From positions 384,001 through 448,000 of the forward strand of contig OY782391.1 in the NCBI GenBank assembly GCA_963677745.1: a stretch of DNA of 64,000 bases. Direction: 5' to 3'. The position numbers and the translations under genes were made by a program. Each line of letters opens with the position of its first letter. Position 1 is the stretch's first letter. Below the pieces are notes generated by a model. The model saw only the letters and a program-made list of their open reading frames with translations, was not told the DNA's origin and made no database searches. The DNA comes from Candidatus Altimarinota bacterium. GTDB taxonomy: Bacteria > Patescibacteriota > Gracilibacteria > UBA1369. Positions 58,828 through 64,000 of this stretch are shown here, in pieces.

Positions 58828-59763
58828 TTATATTCGCTCCGCTACCCTCAGTTTTGCGCTGCGGGCACGCGGATTGGCCGATACTTCCTGTATTCCGGGA
58901 ACAATCGGTTTTTTTGTTATTATTTTTAATTTTGGCTCCAGATAACGGGTGGTCAGTTCATGGGGCAAATTGACATACTCCCGCGAATTATCGCGAAAAA
59001 AATTCTTCACAATGCGGTCTTCCAGTGAATGATATGAGACTACGGCAATCCTCCCCTTTGATCTCAATACCTCCAGTGAACCGTCCAGTACCTGCTGCAG
59101 GTTTTCCAGCTCTTTGTTTACCTCAATACGCAGAGCCTGGAAGATTTTCGTGGCGGGATGAATCCTGCCTTTTTTACCTCCCGACAATACTTCCACAAAG
59201 TCCGCCAGTTGTTTGGTGGTAACAAATAAAGCCTTCTGTCGCCCTTTGACGATACCCACCGCAATTCTTCTGGCCGATCTTTCTTCGCCGTATTCCCGAA
59301 AAATTTTGGTCAGCTGATCCAGCGAATAAGTGTTTACCACCTGGGCTGCAGTCAAAGACTGTCTCTGATCAAATCTCATATCCAGATTCCCTTCCTTGGA
59401 AAAGGAGAACCCTCTCTCAGCCTGATCCACCTGGGGAGAAGCCAATCCTAAATCCAGCATCAATCCGTCAATTTCTCTAATCTTCAAATCCTTCAGTTCA
59501 GGAACCATACCGGCAAAATTTCCGTGAACAAATTTGATCTGAGAATTAAATTGTTGCAATTTTTCTTTGGCCTGTTCCAGATTGTTTTTATCAAGATCAA
59601 AAGCGACCAGGTTGACTTTCCTGCCACTTGTTAAGACAGCCTCGGAATATCCTCCCAAACCCAAAGTTCCATCGACCACGGTCTGACCGTCAGACAAATT
59701 CAAAGAATCGATTACTTCCTTTAATAATACCGGCTGATGAGTTGGCTTTTTGTTTTGTTCCAT
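58828..59763 (-). CDS. rsmH: 16S rRNA m4C1402 methyltransferase
   Basis: HQPVLL, DGTLGLGG, DLG, LDMR, FQALRIEVN, SYHSLEDR, NPRARSAKLR. Confidence 0.97.
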   Translation of the reverse strand: MEQNKKPTHQPVLLKEVIDSLNLSDGQTVVDGTLGLGGYSEAVLTSGRKVNLVAFDLDKNNLEQAKEKLQQFNSQIKFVHGNFAGMVPELKDLKIREIDGLMLDLGLASPQVDQAERGFSFSKEGNLDMRFDQRQSLTAAQVVNTYSLDQLTKIFREYGEERSARRIAVGIVKGRQKALFVTTKQLADFVEVLSGGKKGRIHPATKIFQALRIEVNKELENLQQVLDGSLEVLRSKGRIAVVSYHSLEDRIVKNFFRDNSREYVNLPHELTTRYLEPKLKIITKKPIVPGIQEVSANPRARSAKLRVAERI

Positions 59764-59803
59764 TTATTTTACCCAGTCTTGAGTAAATCTTATGTGCAGC
59801 CGC

Positions 59804-60001
59804 GTATAACTTTTTTGAACGTAGCGACTAATCTGAATTTATAGCCAAGAAAGGGCGATGTCAAAGATTTTGAACAAAACAGTATAACTTTTTTATACCA
59901 TCTTCTTTCAAAGCAGCTCTAAAACGGCTACGGACAAAGGCAAATTAAAAGAAATAAAAAATCTTGTCGCCTTATAGGCTTGTTGCATAGTTTTTTTATA
60001 C
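59804..60001. repeat. Three copies of palindrome GTATAA-N5-TTATAC
   Basis: 59804 GTATAActtttTTGAAC; 59882 GTATAActtttTTATAC; 59985 GCATAGtttttTTATAC. Confidence 0.6.
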
Positions 60002-60175
60002 TAAAAGCACAAATCAGCCGTTTCCCATCCTTACAATAATTATTAAATCAACAAAAATTACCAAAACCACAGAAAACCGCACAAAAGTAAAAAATATTCA
60101 CTTGTCCCGCCATTTCTATGACTATATATATGTGTTATAATAACACTGAGAAACAAAAATTTTAACAAAATAACC

Positions 60176-61195
60176 ATGGCAAATTCCAAACCAAAAGTGG
60201 CAATCAACGGCTTCGGACGCATCGGCAGACAAATCATGCGCATCAATATTGAAAAAGGATACCCTCTGGACATTGTCGCGGTAAATAATCTGGGCGACAA
60301 CAAGACCAGCGCCCATCTGCTGAAATATGATTCCAATTATGGCACTCTGTCCAATTCCGTTGTCTGCGAAGATGAAAAAACCATCACTGTGGATGGCAAA
60401 AAAATCCAATACCTGCAGATTAAGGACCCCACCACCCTGCCCTGGAAAGACCTGGGTGTGGACATTGTGATCGAATGCACCGGACTGTTCACCGATCGTG
60501 AAGGAGCCGCCAAACATTTGCAGGCCGGAGCCAAAAAAGTGGTAATTTCCGCACCCGGCAAAAATGTCGACATCACCCTGCTGATGGGAGTTAACCAGGA
60601 CCAATATGATCCTGCCAAACATAACATCATATCCAATGCCTCCTGCACCACCAACTGTATGGCCCCCGTGGTCAAGGCTCTCAATGACAAACTGGGTATT
60701 CAATTCGGTCTGATGACTACCGTTCATGCCTATACCAATGACCAGAGACTGCAGGATCTGGATCACAAGGATTTGCGCCGCGCCCGTGCCGCCGGCCAGT
60801 CCATCATCCCCACCACTACCGGCGCGGCGCAAACCGTCGGAGAAGTGATTCCCGAGCTTAAAGGCAAACTGAACGGCCATTCAATCCGCGTACCGATTCC
60901 GGTGGTTTCCATCCTGGACTTCACCTTCCTGGCCAAACGGGCCACCACCATTGATGAAGTCAACGCCATCTTGATCGAAGCTGAAAACGGCCCGATGAAA
61001 GGAATACTGGGCGTCTCCAACGAACCTCTGGTTTCCATCGATTATAAAAAGGACGAACGCTCCTCCATCGTCGACGCCCTGTCTACACTGGTCATGGAAG
61101 GCAACATGGTCAAAGTACTGTCCTGGTATGACAACGAATGGGGCTACTCCACCCGTACCGTGGAAGTGGTAAAACTGATTGGAGACAAGCTGTAG
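60176..61195 (+). CDS. gap: Type I glyceraldehyde-3-phosphate dehydrogenase
   Basis: [24 protein letters not shown]. Confidence 0.98.
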   Translation: MANSKPKVAINGFGRIGRQIMRINIEKGYPLDIVAVNNLGDNKTSAHLLKYDSNYGTLSNSVVCEDEKTITVDGKKIQYLQIKDPTTLPWKDLGVDIVIECTGLFTDREGAAKHLQAGAKKVVISAPGKNVDITLLMGVNQDQYDPAKHNIISNASCTTNCMAPVVKALNDKLGIQFGLMTTVHAYTNDQRLQDLDHKDLRRARAAGQSIIPTTTGAAQTVGEVIPELKGKLNGHSIRVPIPVVSILDFTFLAKRATTIDEVNAILIEAENGPMKGILGVSNEPLVSIDYKKDERSSIVDALSTLVMEGNMVKVLSWYDNEWGYSTRTVEVVKLIGDKL

Positions 61196-61204
61196 AATAC
61201 CGCC

Positions 61205-61597
61205 TCAAACCTTATCCTTGGAAAGCATCTGCTTTAATTTCAACAAATAATTTCCCCTGACCTCTTCGGACATCTGATAAAGGGGCAAAGATGCCACTTC
61301 GATCATTTTCCGGAGTCTCCCGGAGATCGGAGCGGCATCATTTTGTGCGTCAGAATATAAAAGCTGATAAAGTGGTTCCAGACTGCAATACAGTTTGATC
61401 AACGACTCCCTGCTTCCGTCCTTGATGAGTTCGCTGATTTTCCAGATTACCTTTTTCTCAAAAGTTAAAAAATCCCTGTTCAGATAAAACAGCCGCAGTT
61501 GAACAATAAACGAAACCACGTCTTCTCCCCCCATGTCTGCAGCAAACAACACCATAGTATCCCAATTATTTATCGGGATCACTATAAAATCCCCCAA
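61205..61597 (-). CDS. Hypothetical protein (start uncertain)
   Basis: ORF fills the gap between gap and the PLP enzyme gene. Confidence 0.5.
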   Translation of the reverse strand: MGDFIVIPINNWDTMVLFAADMGGEDVVSFIVQLRLFYLNRDFLTFEKKVIWKISELIKDGSRESLIKLYCSLEPLYQLLYSDAQNDAAPISGRLRKMIEVASLPLYQMSEEVRGNYLLKLKQMLSKDKV

Positions 61598-61627
61598 GCC
61601 TGGCGGCTACTGACAAAAAAAGACAAA

Positions 61628-62731
61628 TTAATTTTCCAGGCCTTTACCGGTATTGATAATCACCACCTTGGCGTTTTGTGGAATATCAGGTCTTTCTCTT
61701 CCCACAAAAGCCGCGAAAGCCGCAACTGCCGAATACTCCGACCTTATCCCGACATCCTTGAGAAGATTATAAGTTCTTTCCAATTCGTTATTATCCACTT
61801 CAATATAGGTATTTTCCCCGTCCCCGAAAATCTTGCATAAAATTGGCAATACAGCCGTAAACGGAGTGGTTAATTTTTCGGCATGGGAAGCCTCGTGATA
61901 GTCATCCAGCATCAGCTCGTCCTGCTTCTTTTTCAAAGCACTGCGCAACGGATGTTCCTGTTTCGGACCAACAGCGATGATTCTGGTTTTCAGCCCCAAT
62001 TCCTGGATTCCAAGCCATAAACCGATCACAATATCCCCGCTTCCGCAGGGCACTACCACATAATCGGGCGACTGATCGGCAATCTCGTAAAAAAGCTCTT
62101 TATACGCCACCAGACTGATCGGCTCAAAACTATTGGTCACGGCCCAGATGTTTTGCCAGCTCTTTTTACGTTCATATTTATCATATTCACGGACAATTTC
62201 CACGAAATCCCGGGGACGGAGTATTCCATTATAACGGCTGCCGTCAATGGTAATCACATGTCCCCATTCTGACAAAGTAGACTTTCTTTCCTGAGTCACC
62301 CAGGGAAAAACCAGGCTGGTATAATCAATTCCCGCCCGGGCGGCATAACGGCTCAAACTGTACCCGGCATTACCAGCGGTCAAACAAACAATCTTATCCA
62401 CTTTCTGTTCCAGAGCAACATTGATAATAATTTCGCTTCGGCGATCCTTATGCGTCCCGTAAGGCAGGCAACTCTCGTCTTTGATGTAAAGATTGGGCAG
62501 GTTAAACAGCTCGGCCAGCCGCTCAGACCGAATCAGAGGAGAATTTTGCGCTCCGTAAGCCACACTCAAAGAACTAAACGGCATCCGGGAACGAAACTTG
62601 GGCAAAGTATATCCGCCGGTGAATACCAGATTGGAATAATTTGGTGTATTACAATCCTCACAACAACACGAATTGAGCTTGAAGGGATATTCTTTCTGAC
62701 ATTTAACACAAGTCAAAGCTAAATCACTCAT
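61628..62731 (-). CDS. Fold-type II PLP enzyme, threonine-synthase-like
   Basis: CxxC..CxxC N-terminus, KDE..PYGTHKDR, TAGNAG, VVPCGSG, VVIINTG.G. Confidence 0.88.
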   Translation of the reverse strand: MSDLALTCVKCQKEYPFKLNSCCCEDCNTPNYSNLVFTGGYTLPKFRSRMPFSSLSVAYGAQNSPLIRSERLAELFNLPNLYIKDESCLPYGTHKDRRSEIIINVALEQKVDKIVCLTAGNAGYSLSRYAARAGIDYTSLVFPWVTQERKSTLSEWGHVITIDGSRYNGILRPRDFVEIVREYDKYERKKSWQNIWAVTNSFEPISLVAYKELFYEIADQSPDYVVVPCGSGDIVIGLWLGIQELGLKTRIIAVGPKQEHPLRSALKKKQDELMLDDYHEASHAEKLTTPFTAVLPILCKIFGDGENTYIEVDNNELERTYNLLKDVGIRSEYSAVAAFAAFVGRERPDIPQNAKVVIINTGKGLEN

Positions 62732-62738
62732 AATTAAT

Positions 62739-64000
62739 TTATTGATAGTCTTTAATTACTCCAATTTTCTGATCCTCCTGCAAGGTCAGCTTAAGGACAA
62801 AATCGGTATTGGTACCCCGACAGGTCAAACCCAACTTTTTTTGGGTTCTTTCCCTGATCAATTTCATTAGGGGAAGAACAATCTTCCCCTGCATCTCGTT
62901 TTTATTCTGGGAATAGGAAGACCGCGGAAAGTCCCTGCAGGATACTTCTTCGTTTCTTTGGTTCAACAAAACGGAAAGAAGGGTCAAAGTTGCCTTCTGC
63001 GAATGAAGATCGGCACCGGAAACCACTTTTCCCCCGATCATAATCGAATTATCCAGCTGATTGCACAAAATATCATATTCCTTGGCCAAATCGTCAACTA
63101 GATGCCCGCTGACAAATCTTCTGCTGTCACGTTTTCCGCTGTAGGTGAATAAAAGTACCGACGAAGCATCAATGAAAGCGGAGAATCTTTTGGTATCCAG
63201 ATTCTGTTCTACGCAGACTCCGCTGCGCCCATAGCCGTCCAACCAGCTCAGATAATCCACCGAGAGATTGGGAAAACTTTTCTGCATCTCGCTGAAAGCC
63301 TCCAGGAGATTCACCCTGTTCTGTTGCGAACCTGTCACAAATCCCACCCCTCCTCCCATCTGAATATTATTGGTATTAAATAAACCTACGGGCATAAAAG
63401 CATTTTTCTGAAGCAGACTGGCATTAAGTTTCAGCAAAAATTCACTCATGTAATGAGAAACCTCGTCCATAATTTGCGACACAAAATATCGTTTACCGAC
63501 CGTGCCGATAAATTTTCCCGCCTCATCTTCATGATAACCGTGCAATAATAGACAATGAAGCTGTCTGATCATGGTCAAAGACAACACCCCATACAGATCA
63601 TAGAACTTGTTAACAATGGGTTCATCGGTCAGCACGCAGTTTTCGTAAAAATCCGGAAACATCGGTGCCTTTTCCACATCATCCCCAAAAATATGCCGGA
63701 AATGAGCTTTAAAATCATCATACTGATTGAAATCGGAATAGGTTTTCTGAATCACCCTCTCCGCAATGCAGGGTTTCCCGGAAAACACCACTCCCATATC
63801 AATCGGCCAACAGGGTGCAGAATCCAGATCGGAATACAAATCATTGAGGCGGTATCCCCAAAATGGCACTTTCCCCAGTCCGGTAAAACCGTTTTCCTTC
63901 AAACTGCTGTAATCTCTTGATCTGATGGTCTTGGCGGGAAAGGTGATGATCGGGTAAGAACTGGATACCAAAGAAGCAAAAACGCCCGATCCGGTCGAAT
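62739..64000 (-). CDS. Hypothetical protein, 5' end beyond the window; possible C-terminal winged-helix-like domain
   Basis: Frame is open to the window edge; C-terminal LHSQ...SSYSQNKNEMQGKIVLPL segment. Confidence 0.7.
   Translation of the reverse strand, partial: STGSGVFASLVSSSYPIITFPAKTIRSRDYSSLKENGFTGLGKVPFWGYRLNDLYSDLDSAPCWPIDMGVVFSGKPCIAERVIQKTYSDFNQYDDFKAHFRHIFGDDVEKAPMFPDFYENCVLTDEPIVNKFYDLYGVLSLTMIRQLHCLLLHGYHEDEAGKFIGTVGKRYFVSQIMDEVSHYMSEFLLKLNASLLQKNAFMPVGLFNTNNIQMGGGVGFVTGSQQNRVNLLEAFSEMQKSFPNLSVDYLSWLDGYGRSGVCVEQNLDTKRFSAFIDASSVLLFTYSGKRDSRRFVSGHLVDDLAKEYDILCNQLDNSIMIGGKVVSGADLHSQKATLTLLSVLLNQRNEEVSCRDFPRSSYSQNKNEMQGKIVLPLMKLIRERTQKKLGLTCRGTNTDFVLKLTLQEDQKIGVIKDYQ

Noticed and set aside
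59882-59898. dif site interpretation of the palindrome
   Set aside because: Spacer is 5 rather than 6 bp, there is no TTATGTTAAA XerD arm, and it occurs in three copies
60118-60136. NrdR-box-like ACTATATATATGTG upstream of gap
   Set aside because: Off register from the NrdR consensus, single copy, and not beside an RNR gene
1-64000. Alternative genetic code (UGA=Gly, as in some Gracilibacteria)
   Set aside because: Conserved genes are intact under code 11 and TGA ends genes at ATGA/TGATG overlaps (306-309, 14768-14771, 34313-34316, 35887-35890, 53721-53725)
1-64000. CRISPR array, rRNA, transposase, prophage, retron/DGR
   Set aside because: No regularly spaced repeats, rRNA signatures, or transposase, phage or reverse-transcriptase motifs seen

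Overview
Gene-dense bacterial chromosome segment, most consistent with a Patescibacteria/CPR genome, probably Peregrinibacteria-like. This is inferred from tandem VirB2/TrbC-like pilins, a type IV pilus gene block, archaeal-type TPI, SLH-domain proteins, short ComEC and TilS, and AT-rich leaders mostly lacking Shine-Dalgarno sites. TGA behaves as stop (ATGA/TGATG gene overlaps), so code 11 applies. Content is mostly housekeeping: metG, tilS-ftsH, galU, tpiA, rnpB, secA, ftsK, gltX, ackA, rpmH-rnpA-yidC-khpB, tRNA-Glu, comEC, LCP-dac-mraY, an ECF sigma/anti-sigma pair, rsmH and gap. I saw no CRISPR array, rRNA, transposase or integrase. The main highlight is a full-length class II ribonucleotide-reductase homologue that has lost all catalytic cysteines but keeps the dNTP-effector region, in a ferredoxin-NrnA-pseudoRNR-methyltransferase operon. 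Other highlights: an ASCH/DUF3850 gene needing a -1 shift at an in-frame A_AAA_AAA; two orphan genes (177 and 1410 aa) after pilX that share a motif; a pseudokinase and a receptor-like pseudophosphatase; a ~496-nt expanded RNase P RNA; an ECF-type promoter directly before the anti-sigma gene; and three copies of a palindrome upstream of rsmH. Family calls come from motif recognition by eye, not database searches.
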